From: Squalus acanthias
Lineage: Eukaryota
Assembly: GCA_030390025.1 (NCBI GenBank)
Contig: CM059438.1
Location: forward strand, 61,134,001 to 61,198,000
Direction: 5' to 3'
DNA length: 64,000 nt
Shown here: piece after piece, positions 50,858 through 62,156 of the stretch
Position numbering within the stretch: position 1 is the first letter of the stretch
Layout of the letters: every line of letters starts with the position of its first letter
Notes under the pieces: generated by a model
Seen by the model: the letters and a program-made list of their open reading frames with translations, nothing else
What the model was told of the DNA's origin: nothing
The model's database searches: none
Program-made: the position numbers and the translations under genes

Positions 50858-52940
50858 ACCTGGATGACGTTCAGGCTTGGGCTGATAAGTGGCAAGTAAT
50901 ATTCGCACCACAAAAGTGCCAGGCAATAACTATCTCCAACAAGCGAGAGTCTAACCACCGCCCCTTGACATTCAACAGCATTACCATCATCAAATCCGCT
51001 ACCATCAACATCCTGGGGATCACCATTGACCAGGAACTTAACTGGACCAGCCACATAAATACTGTGGCTACAAGAGCAGGTCAGAGGCTGGGTATTCTGC
51101 GGCGAGTGTCTCACCTCCTGACTCCCCAAAGCCTTTCCACCATCTACAAGGCACAAGTTAGGAGTGTGATGGATTACTCTCCACTTGCTTGGATGAGTGC
51201 AGCTCCAACAACACTCAAGAAGCTCGACACCATCCAGAACAAAGCAGCCCACTTGATTGGTACCCCATCCACTGCCTTAAACATTCACTCCCTCCACCAC
51301 CAGCACACCGTGGCTGCAGTGTGTACCATCTACAAGATGCACTGCAGCAACTCGCCAAGGCTTCTTCGGCAGCACCTCCCAAACCCGCGACCTCTTCCAC
51401 CTAGAAGGACAAGAGCAGCAGGTGCATGGGAACACCACCACCTCCAAGTTCCCCTCCAAGTTACACACCAACCTAACTTGGAAATATATCGCCGATCCTT
51501 CATCGTTGCTGGGTCAAAATCCTGGAACTCCCTCCAGAACAGCACTGTGGGAGTACCTTCACCACACGGACTGCAGCGGTTTAAGAAGGCGGCTCACCAC
51601 CACCTTCGCAAGGGCAATTAGGGATGGGCAATAAATGCTGGCCTTGCCAGCGACGCCCACATCCCATAACGAATTAAAAAAAAATCCCTCCCTAAACCTC
51701 TGCGCCTCTCTATCTCTCTCCTCCTTTAAGACGTTCCTTAAAACCTACCTCTTTGACCAAGCTTTTGGTCATCTCTCCTAATACCTCCTTATGTGGCTCA
51801 GTGTCAAATTTTGTTTGAAATCGCTCCCCTTGAAGTGCCTTGGGATGTTTTACTATGCTAAAGGAGCTATATAAATGCAAGTTGTTGTAGTTGTATGAGC
51901 AAGAAGTTTGATACCTTGAAGTAACTGCTAGGGTAAGTAACTGCTGAAGTGGTCATTTCCCACTGCCCTGGTATGGCACGGCGACAACACATATTTTCAC
52001 CTCAACCAGCAGCATTGTGACAGATGGGCCTGCTCATCGATAGGGAACCCTTTGGCCCATGTAACACCATCATGAAGCAACCTTTTATAAATGGATGACT
52101 CACCTTTCACATTCCAAGGAAACCTTTCAACAATGGGTTGGGACATAACAGGCTCCGCCAACACTAACCAGCATGACACACATTCTTGCACTCATGTTTT
52201 GAGAGGCACAGTTGCATAGCAATAATAGGGGTTTGTAAAAACAGTCAACACTTTGCCAGGATTGCAGGCAAAGCAAGCCCACAACAGAAGGGCTTAGTGG
52301 TGGGGCAACGAACATGAAGTCCACGTGAAGGAAGCAACGTCAGACAAGTGGCTCACCAGTCTGTCGAGCCCACTCTGGAGGGTCGAGTTAGAACCCATCA
52401 CTGCTGCTGTTTCTCTGTTCTATCAGTCCCGCACACACTCTGGCATCCTGCCGAATGCGAAGTTCGCAGGCTGTACAACAACCATAGCACGGCATGTTTC
52501 AGCTAGTGGAACGTGTTACTCGGAGTGTCTTGCTTATAGCAATATAATGATACTTCCCATTGAGTTTCCATCAATACAGATGAGGAGCAGCAGCTTGTAA
52601 TACGTCCAAGTGTATCCAAGTTTGCTGACGATACAAAGCTAGGTGTGAAAGTCAGCTGTGAGGAGGACACAAAGAGCCTGCAAAGGGATATAGACTGGTT
52701 AAGTGAGTGGACAATAAGGTGGCAGATGGAGTATAATGTGGGAAAATGTGAGGTTATTCACTTTGGTAGGAAGAATAGAAAAACAGTTTATTTTTTAAAT
52801 GATGAGAAACTATTAAATGTTGGTGTTCAGAGAGATTTAGGTGTCCTCGTACAGGAATCACAGAAAGTTAGCATGCAGGTACAGGAAGGCAAATGGCATG
52901 TTGGCCTTTATTGCAAGGCGGTTGGAGTACAAGAGTAAAG

Positions 52941-54991
52941 CTGGTAGAAATTCGTTTTAGCCAGCAAAGTTGCTGGTGTCACCGGCAACTTGAGTTAACG
53001 GCTGCTGAAAATGGCCGCAACGCTAACGGAGCAAAATTCGTCTGGGAGGGGGATGGAGATTGTTCGCGCAGCACTTACCTGCCATGCAACAGTGTGCAAC
53101 GCTGTCCTGGTGGCGTTAGTGGCGGCCTCCGACCCAAAGATCGTGTGCGGGAGCGGCGTTGGAGCTTCGCACAGCTTCTGGAAGCGAGGCTGTGGAGCTC
53201 GCAAGGAATTGTGGGCAATGAAGAGGTCTGAGAATTAAAGGGACCACGCACACTGAAGCAATACAAATTAAAATGCAGTGAAACAATACAGTTTTCAGCC
53301 CTTTCTGCCTTTAAAAAAAAACACTTAACATTAAAAGAAGTCCCAAATGTGAATATTCAGCTCCTTTCCTAACCTCAAAAAATGGGAAAACTGCCTCAGC
53401 ACTAACACAAATGGCTCACCAAGCCAGGGAAGGGGCACCCAGGGTCTCGCACACAGCACCCCAGCTTTGTGCAGGGGGTCAACACTGCAAGACAGGCCCT
53501 CTACCCTCAGGGGCCAGGAGGCCCTCCAGAAAGAACAATGTGGGACCAGATCACCGAGGCCATCGCTGCCAGCAGTGTCGCCCCCACCACCTGGCTCCAG
53601 TGCCCAAAGAAGCTTCATGACCTCAGACCACTGGTCAAGGTCAGTGAATGCATCTTCAAAAGCCATCTCCTCCCAACTGCACCATTAGCTTCACACACTG
53701 CTCGATGCACGATGCCCACCCCAATCACACACCTACCAACAATCTATCAATCACGAGGCACAGCTCCCATTCCTAACCTCACCTCACCCCTTGGAGGAGA
53801 CGGTGCAAGCCATTCTTGGCAGGGGCATGGCTGAGCCCTTGGCCAGTGGCAGGGCTGAAAGGATACAAGATGCCGGTATCCTCATACATTGTCCTCCTTC
53901 TGGCATGCACCTCTTGCTTTCCCATCACCTCACCCCACCCTTGTGCCTTCCTCATTTCACACACCCAAGAAATGCAGCCTCCCCAGCCAGTGGGTGACCA
54001 AGAAGAGGGAGAGGAGAGTGAAGAAGAAGAAGATGATTGATTTGACACTCCCAGCCACCAGCTCCTCAAGGTCGACCAGCAAGGACATTTGCAGTGTCCC
54101 CCACTGAAAGTCAGCAGCCTTCCACCAGCCATGCAGCAGCCACTGGGGTAGCACTGCGTGACATCAGTAGGATAGGCAAAGGCACACACAAGACACTCAC
54201 TAAGAGAATGCATACGGGTGATGAGTTGATTTATTGATATCACACTGGATGGATAGACGTGTATAGGTGGATTGGAAGGTTGCTTTGTGGTGGTTTTCAT
54301 TTCAGCATCGTGGCCAAGAGGACGCTGTGATGGTCAGTAACAGATGGAACGTAAGGTGTGGGACTAATGTTGAAAGGGGAATTGGGTTTGCGGTCACTGG
54401 GATCTCAGTCAGATGATTCCATCCCGGATATCCTGGCCACAAAGGGCCTGTCTGGGATACATCCTTCCGTCTGATTCCTCCTCTTCTGTGTCTTCCTCTT
54501 CCCTCTGCAAGCGGAGGCTGTAAATGTGAAATAACAGCATAAAATGCTAGAGATATTCAGTTGGTCAGGCAGCATCTCGACCTGAGATGTGAACTCTGTT
54601 TTTCTCTGCACGGATGTTGCCTGACCTGCTGAGTATTTACAGCATGTTCTGTCATCTCAAAGGCCTTCATTTACCATCCGAGCCCTTGCAAGCATCCAGC
54701 AGCACTCTCTGCGTACTTAAAAAACTTTTCACATCTATTGCAGCAAACCACCACTTCAATAAAATCAAAGAAAAACAGTCCAAGACCTTAAATCCAAACA
54801 TACCTGAATGACGTGTGTGTCCCTTTAAGAGGTGCAGGCATTTTGTTCAGGATGGCGCTGCCAGTAAAGGTAAGGACAAAAACAGTGGCTGCTGCGGGAC
54901 CCACCAGCAGCTGGTGAAAGAGCGGCTGCTGCCATTTTAGCGCCATTATATGGCGCTACGGAGTGGCGCTAAGGCCACAAATTTCTAGCCC
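52941..54991 (+). mobile_element. Internally deleted Harbinger element with Myb/SANT relic (53411-53639)
   Basis: TIR-like ctggtagaaatt / aatttctagccc; MAHQAREGAPR.../MWDQITEAIAASSVAPTTWLQCPKKLHDL then AAG|gtcagt. Confidence 0.75.
54534..54651. repeat. Short fold-back repeat element
   Basis: atgctagagatattcagttggtcaggcagcatc ... gatgttgcctgacctgctgagtatttacagcat inverted arms; related decayed sequence at about 14990-15050. Confidence 0.6.
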
Positions 54992-55714
54992 AGAAAGTCT
55001 TGCTACAATTGTACAGGGCTTTGGTGCAACCACACCTGGAGTGCTGTGCACAGTTTTGGTCTCCTTACCTAAGGATGGATACACTTGCCTCAGAGGTGTT
55101 GCAACGAAGGTTCACCAGACTGGTTCCTGGGATGAGAGAGCTGTCCTATGAGGAGAGATTGAGTAGATTGGGCCTATACTCTCTGAAGTTTAGAAGAATG
55201 AGAGGTGATCTCATTGAAACATATAAGATTCTGAGGGGGATTGACAGGGTAGATGCTGAGAGGTTGTTTCCCCTGGCTGGAGAGTTTAGAACTAGGGGAC
55301 ATAGTCTCAGGATAAGGGGTCAGTCATTTAAGACCGAGATGAGGAGGATTTTCTTCAGTCAGAGGGTTGTGAATCTTTGGAATTCTCTGCCCCAGAGGGC
55401 TGTGGATGCTGAATCGTTGAGTATATTCAAGGCTGAGATAGATAGATTTTTGGACTCTTGGGGAATCAAGGGATATGAAAAGTGGAGTTGAGGTCAAAGA
55501 TCAGCCATGATCTTATTGAATGGCGGAGCAGACACGGGGGGGCTGTATGGCCGACTCCTGCTCTTAATTCTTATGTTCTTATGTTCTTGTAGATCCCGAG
55601 GCTGTGGAGCCATCCACCTCCCACCACATGGCATCATTCACTCCACATGAAGCAAGTAGCAGCCCAGGAAGATCCGCTCTGGGGAATTCCGAGGTTAGAG
55701 TCGTGGAATTCCCA

Positions 55715-55862
55715 GCACAAGTAACGAGCAGTGGGTGCATAATCCCTCCTCGTCCTCCTCAACCTCTTGGCAGTCTTTGGCACGGTCGACGACACCGTCC
55801 TCCTCCAAAACCTCTCTGCTGTCCAGCTCAGTGGGACTGCCCTTGGTTTCACTCTTACCTAT
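55715..55862 (+). mobile_element. L2 RT fragment
   Basis: SLLVLLNLLAVFGTVDD resembles SLLVLLDLSAAFDTVDH. Confidence 0.65.
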
Positions 55863-55874
55863 TAATGTAAGATG

Positions 55875-56121
55875 TCAGCTGTGGCTCAGTGGGTAGCACT
55901 CTTCACCTCTGAGTCAGAAGGTTGTGGGTTCAAGTCCCACTCCAGAGACTTGAATGCATAATTTAGTCTGAGACTCCAGTGCAGTACTGAGGGGGTGCTG
56001 CACAGTCGGAGGTACAGTTTTTTGGATGAGACGTTAAACCGAGGGCCCCATCTACTCTCTCAGGTGGATGTAAAAGATCCCACGGCACTCTTTGAAGAAG
56101 GCCAGGGGAGTCCACCCAGTG
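55875..56121 (+). mobile_element. Deu-domain SINE 5' part (tRNA-derived head)
   Basis: A-box tggctcagtgg, B-box gggttcaagtcc, core gatgagacgttaaaccgagg...ggatgtaaaagatccc. Confidence 0.75.
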
Positions 56122-56444
56122 TTTTGTAACTGGGAACAGTTACTGGAACTCCCAGTAAAGTGAAGTAAGTGCAAGTGACAGCAGAGGAGCAGGAAGGAGT
56201 TTGCTGATGGTCACGGCTAAGGACCCAACCTTCAGACGTTGATTTCAGGGGATCGATAACATTCGGAACACTATCAATTCATTGAGTTTTTGAGATCGTG
56301 TCGGGCACCGTGCAACGTGTGATGACGGGGGTACGTTGGTGTCCATTACTCGTATCTGGGCAGTGTTGCTTGACCACTTCATGGAACCTCGGTCCATATC
56401 CCTAAGACCAGCAGAATTCCCAAAGAAAGAAAGACTTGCATTTC

Positions 56445-57012
56445 TCATAGAATCGTAGAAGGAGGCTGTTTGGCCCATCATGCCCGTGCTGGCTCTTTGA
56501 AATTGTTGTCCAATTAGCCCCACTCCCCTGCTCTCTCCTCATAGCCCTGCGAATTATTCCTTTGCAAGTATTTATCCAATTTCTTTTTGAACGTTCCTAC
56601 TGAATCTGCTTCCACCACCCTTTCAGGCAGCGCATTCCAGATCATTACAACTCGCTGTGTAAAAATATTTCTCCTCATCTCACCTCGTTCGTTTGTCAAA
56701 TTATCTTAAATCTGTGTCCTTTGGTTACCGACCCTCTTGTCAGTGGAAACAGTTTCTCCCTATCTACTCTGTCAAAACCCCTCATTATTTTGAACACCTC
56801 GATTAAATCTCCCCTTAACCTTCTCTGATCTAAGGAGAACAACCCCAGCTTCTTTAGTCTCTCCACATAGCTGAAGTCCCTCATCCCTGGGACCATTCTG
56901 GTAAATCTCCTCTGCACCCTCTCCAAGGCCTTGGCATCCTTCCTAAAGTTTGATGCTCAGAATTATACACAATACTCCGGTTGAGGCCTAGCCAGTGATT
57001 TATAAAGGTTTA
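56445..57012 (-). mobile_element. CR1 3' fragment
   Basis: ERVQRRFTRMVPG...RGDLIEVFKI. Confidence 0.85.
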
Positions 57013-57111
57013 ACGGGACTCAATCCTTTTCTTTCCTATGTCATTGTTTCCAACATGGACCATGACTTCTGGCTGTTTCCCATTCCCCCAAGAAATAAAG
57101 AAAAGGAAAGA

Positions 57112-57693
57112 AAAGACTTGCATTTTTCATAGTGCCTTTCATGACCTCAGGACATCCCAAAGCGCTTTACGTCCAATGAGGTACATTTGAAGTGTAGTCA
57201 CTGCTGTAATGTAGGAAACGCGGCAGCCAATCTGCGCACAGCAAGCTCCCGCAAACAGCAATGTGATAATGACCAGATAATCTGTTTTACTGATGTTGGC
57301 CTCACAGCGCCAGGGACCCGGGTTCGAATCCGGCCTCGGGTGACTGTCTGTGTGGAGTTTGCACATTCTCCCCGTGTCTGCGTGGGTTTCCTCCGGGTGC
57401 TCCGGTTTCCTCCCACAGTCCAAAGATGTGCGGGTTAGGTTGATTTGGCTATGATAAATTGACCCTTAGTGTGAGGGGGGGATTAAATAAGTGGGGTTAC
57501 GGGGATAGGGTGGGATATGTGTCGGTGCAGGCTCGATAGGCCGAAATGGCCTCTATCTGCACTGTGGGGATTCTGTGATAAATATTGGTCAGGACACCGG
57601 GGAGAACTCCCCTGCTCTTCTTCCAAATAGTGCCGTGGGATCATTTACATCCATCAGAGAGGGCAGATGGGGCCTCGCTTTAACATCTCATCC
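57112..57693 (-). mobile_element. Deu-domain SINE interrupted by HE1-like SINE
   Basis: Tail 57112-57298 and core 57579-57693 are colinear. Confidence 0.72.
57299..57578 (+). mobile_element. HE1/V-SINE-like SINE, 5'-truncated
   Basis: Near-identical to the reverse complement of 19809-20100. Confidence 0.9.
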
Positions 57694-58359
57694 TATGCAG
57701 AGGGAGCTGCTGCAAATGCTTTTTTCAATGGTAGCTGGTAAAAAGAGAAAACATAGAAGGCAAAATGAAGCTAAAATGCAAGAAAACCCCACCGAATAAT
57801 TCATGTAAATAAATATAACAAAAGGAAACTAGAAAGGCCCAAATATCAGGGGACTGGAATTTCCTCTTCCTGCCCGAAGATTGTTGGGATGGGACTTCCG
57901 TCCACCGTTCCTGACCCCACCATGACCCCAGCCCAATTTCTTGGGTCGGGGGGGGGGTCATTATGTATTCATGGCGGCATCCAGCGGGATTCTCTTCACA
58001 AGCAAGAACTCACTAGTGGTCCCAAGGACATCCAGGTGGTGCTGCATGGGGACCAATGCTCCACAAAAAGAATCAGGAGGCTGCTTGAAGAGGCAGAAAG
58101 ACCCCAAAGACATTAGCACATTTTTTTACGGAAGTCCTCAGCCAAGACCGAAGCCAAGGCCTTCAGTAGGTGAGCGAACAGGGCAAAATTGAGGGAAAGG
58201 AGGTCACTACCGGGCCCACTCCCTCCACCAAGAGACTTTGGGGCCTTATCATAAATAGGTTTAGCCCAAGGGTGCCAGCTTGGCTCATTTTAGTAGCATT
58301 ATGGCTACCGGGTCTGTAGGATGCGGGGTTGAGCCTCACTCCAGGACTTAAAGTACATT

Positions 58360-59255
58360 GGGGGAAAAATTCGGTGGCTTTGTGCTTCCCTTTAGTGCCC
58401 TAAGAGGGCGCTAATGGGGCGCAAAGCAACTAGCGCCCGGGCGCGGTGATGTTTGCGCCGCTCGCGAAATTGACCAGACATTTTGCGGCGGCGCTAAACA
58501 CTACCGCCACGGTCTCCTGCACCCGCAGATCGTGATGTCTTCAAGCGTGCAACGCCCCGGTAGCGCCCCGGACCGGATATTGAGTGGCGCCCCCTGCCTT
58601 ACCGCCTGCCGCTAGCAACGACAGGTTGAGGGGAGCGTTTTGCAGTCAGGAAGGGACTGGGGAAGCGCTATTTAAAGGCGACCGCTTCCTGCCTTTTTTT
58701 GTTGGTGACATTTTTGAACCACACATTCTGAGAGAGAGAGAGAGAGAGAGACTTCTGGAGAGATTCAACGCTGTGTGAAGGAGTTTTGGGTACTGAGCAG
58801 CACTTTGCAGGTTCATTTTGATTTGACCTTCCTTGCATCGATTTAGAAGAGACTGTGGGGGCTGCACTCTGAGCTCTTTCCCTGGGCCTCTCTATTGTTC
58901 TTTCCAGCAGATTTGATGTACAGGTCTCTCCAGGCCGAGATTCAAGGCTGCAATGAGCAGGATGTGGATGGAGAGCAAGATCGACCCTCCCTTACAGAAC
59001 TGGCCAGGGCCAGTGTGTCTGTGTTCCATTGCTGACTGACATCACATGAGCTTCGCCAGCGCTCTGAGGTAGCGCCTCGCTCCTCGGCGTTAGCGCCTTA
59101 AGAGAGGTGTGTAGCGCCTGATTTAGCGCTCCAATCACCTCCAGGGGCGATAGAAGCCAAGTTTTCAGTCAGAGGCGATATTTAGCGCCAGGCGCTAATC
59201 TTTGCGCCCGGCCGATAATTATGCCCCAAATGGGCCGATACCGAATTTCTCCCCC
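58360..59255 (+). mobile_element. Harbinger-type MITE, copy 5 (896 bp)
   Basis: TIRs gggggaaaaatt / aatttctccccc; imperfect TSD att/ata. Confidence 0.88.
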
Positions 59256-59990
59256 ATAAACTTTTCAAAAACTTGAAGTTCAGAAAATAAAACTTGTATC
59301 TTAGCAACAAGCTATAGTATAACATGGTTGTTACATTTTTTTGTCTTTACTTGAGATATGTTTTCTCGAGTTCAGCGTTTCAGACTCACACCCATAGGCA
59401 GACTCTTGCTCCCCATGTGCCGTTAACTGCCCAGGATCTAGGTAAGTTGTAGCGAGCCCAGGGATCAAACAGACAACTCTCGTCACTCTATTTCGCATTA
59501 TATTGCATGCCCTTGGCTTCAGAAAGGCAGCAGAATAAATGTTTAAGTCGACCATGGCTTACGCTGGCAACTGCCAATCGGATTTATTAAACAGTAAAAG
59601 TATAACTGGACGGGAACAATAACACACTGTGGATTTACAATAGTTACAGGCTTAACTATCCTTCCTCAGAACATGTTTCTCTTGATTTCAGAAAGAGCTG
59701 CCAATCGAACTTGTATGCAAACCATATCCGCAAGATTCTCGTATTTGAATTGGATGGCTTGGCTCCTCTCTCAGACATGTGGCCACACGCCAGCCTAAGT
59801 TTTCCAATCGGCGCAATTTAATCCTGGTGGTAGTATTTAAGATAAATGGGTTTCCCCCACCCCATCCCCACCCCCTCCACCTCGGCATTAAAATAATGAT
59901 GATCAGAAAATCCAAGCTAACGTGTATATTTTGGGATGTTGTATCGAAATAAGTTGGGCCATTCTCTATGGGTGGAACCAGCTTTTATAT

Positions 59991-61145
59991 AAGAAAGTTA
60001 CTAATAAATCCAGTAAGGAATTCAGGAGAAACATCTATACTCAGAGAGTGGTTGGAACGCGGAACTCGCGACCACAAGGCGTAGTTGAGGCGAATAGTAT
60101 AGATGCCTTTAAGGGGAAGCTGGATAAGATATGAGGGAGAAAGGAATAGAAAGATACGTTGATAGGGGTGAGATGAACAGGGTGGGAGAAGGCTCGTGTG
60201 CAGCATAAACACCAGCGTGGAGCTGTTAAGAACATAAGAACATAAAATATAGGAGCAGGAGTAGACTATACGGCCCCTCGATCCTGCTCCGTCATTCAAT
60301 AAGATCATGACGGATATTTGACCTCAACTCCACTTTCCCGCTGGATCCCCATATCCCTTGATTCCCTTAGTGCCTAAAGATCTATTGATCTCAGTCTTGA
60401 ATATACTCAACGACTGAGCATCCACAGCCCTCTGGGGTAGAGAATTCCAAAGATTCCAAAGATTCATAACCCTATAACCCTCTTGGGCTGAACGGCCTGC
60501 TTCTATGCTGTAAATACAATATAATTCTATGAAACCCATAGGCACCACAACTGAAAGAAGGATACTATTGTCATGATAAGTCATAGTTAAAAAATTCTTC
60601 TTTTTAGTATACTAGCATGGTCACTGTCACTATAACCCTGTCAAGTATAGAACTAATCAAGGGCAATTAGGGATGGGCAATAAATGCTGGCCTTGCCAGC
60701 GACGTCCACATCCCATAAGAAAGGAATACAAAAATACTAATTCAGGACGGCCAGCAGGGATTGGTAAAAGGCAAGTCGTGTCTGACAAATTTGATTGAGT
60801 TCTTTGAAACATAGAAACATAGAAGATAGGAGCAGGAGTAGGCCATTCGGCCCCTCGAGCCTGCTCCGCCATTCGATGAGATCATGGCTGATCATCCAAA
60901 CTCAGTACCCTGTACCTGCCTTCTCCCCATATCCCTTGATACCTTTAGCTTTATGAAATATATCTAACTCATTCTTGAATGGAAATAATGGAGTGCATTG
61001 ATAATGGAAATGGAGCAGATGAAGTGTGGCAGCATAGGTAGGAAGTTGGGCAAAGGATAGAAAATGGAGAGCATTGGTTAATGGATGTGTTTTGGACTGG
61101 AGGGACATGAAGAGTGATGTCTCCCAGGGGTCAGTGTAGGGATCA
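59991..61145. mobile_element. Cluster of short CR1 and LINE B 3' fragments in both orientations
   Basis: CR1 (+) 59991-60227, (-) 60228-60470, LINE B tail 60657-60735, CR1 (-) 60808-60978. Confidence 0.8.
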
Positions 61146-61169
61146 TTTCTCCCCTCTCTCTCTCTCCCC

Positions 61170-62154
61170 TCCGGGCCCCACAAGGAATGTTTAGGCCTCC
61201 CCTGCCCCTGCGCTCTCCCCGTTCCATTCCTGATCGCATGATTCACCCGAAACCCGCTCCCCACGACTTACCCGAGTGCTGGCGACCGTTCCTTCGGTCC
61301 CGGTCCAAAACCTCCTGCCGCCCAGAGTCCTGCTGATCGCCAGGTTCGGACGGGCATCTGACCGGGGGCATGCAGAAGGGGGGGGGGGCGGGGGGTGGTG
61401 TTTGGTGCTTGCCCCGCCCCCGCCCGCCTGATTGCCACGCTGGATTAAAATTGGGGCTTGTGCATGTGCGATTCTGTGACTCTGTGGCCTCGATTTTAAG
61501 GGGGGGGGAGGCAGGAAGGTCAGGGAGGGTGCGCGGGAGCCCAATAGCGGGCGGCGCACCCGACAAGATCGGGGATGTGGAGGCTCTGCCAATCTTAACA
61601 GTCGGGCCTCATTTAAATAGAACTTCCCGGATTCCCAGCCAAAATCAAGCCAGATTGACTACCCGGGAATTAGTACGCAGCAGGGGACCCATGGGAACGG
61701 TCCCAGGCAGTCAGTGGGTGGCGGGGATTCCCTCGCATCGCGGTCGGCTGCGGAGGCCAGGCTTTCCATGTCGAAGATTTCCCTGAAGATGGGGTGGGGG
61801 TGATGGGGCTGGGGACTCCCTGAAGATCGGGGGGGCGGGGGCGGGATTCCAGGGCTGGGGAGGCCTAAGGCCCTCCTGAGGGGCCTGGGATTGGGGGGAG
61901 GGGGAGAACTCCTGCTCCTCCTGCCCCACAAGGTGTTCAAAGAGTGGGAAAGTTTTAAAACTTACCTGGGCCACATCTGGCAGCAAACAGCGCGGACTCC
62001 CCCTGCGTGGCCATGATGTTTGAATCTTAAGTAGGCCCCCGCCTCCTGTTTTCAGTGGGAGCCTCGTCCAGGGCCTGACTCCCCGCCATTAATATTACAG
62101 CAGCTGGGAATGCAGCGGGTTGGAGGAGGGATCTCAATTTAGAATTTGACCCCC
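61170..62154. other. GC-rich, CpG-rich segment, possibly decayed MITE(s)
   Basis: Right end gaatttgacccc resembles local Harbinger TIRs; left TIR not identified. Confidence 0.35.
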
Positions 62155-62156
62155 AC

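Larger units (their letters stand above)
41577..51683 (+). mobile_element. 5'-truncated LINE B in three pieces (41577-41600, 45487-46848, 50858-51683)
   Basis: Pieces join colinearly with 23572-25780; inserted into L2. Confidence 0.9.
30297..52019 (+). repeat. Tandem segmental duplication, copy B (inflated by insertions)
   Basis: Begins ggtctgtggcagggagagc as 14546 does; ends cagcagcattgtg as 30286 does. Confidence 0.92.
52612..55588 (+). mobile_element. CR1 3' fragment split by a Harbinger relic
   Basis: FADDTK...WQMEYNVGKC (52612-52940) resumes as LLQLYRALV at 54993; (ttcttatg)n tail. Confidence 0.88.

Noticed and set aside
54534..54651. Hammerhead ribozyme in a Penelope-like fold-back repeat
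   Set aside because: The CTGANGA and GAAA catalytic core is not present intact
55875..55950. tRNA gene
   Set aside because: A/B boxes continue directly into a SINE core, so this is a tRNA-derived head
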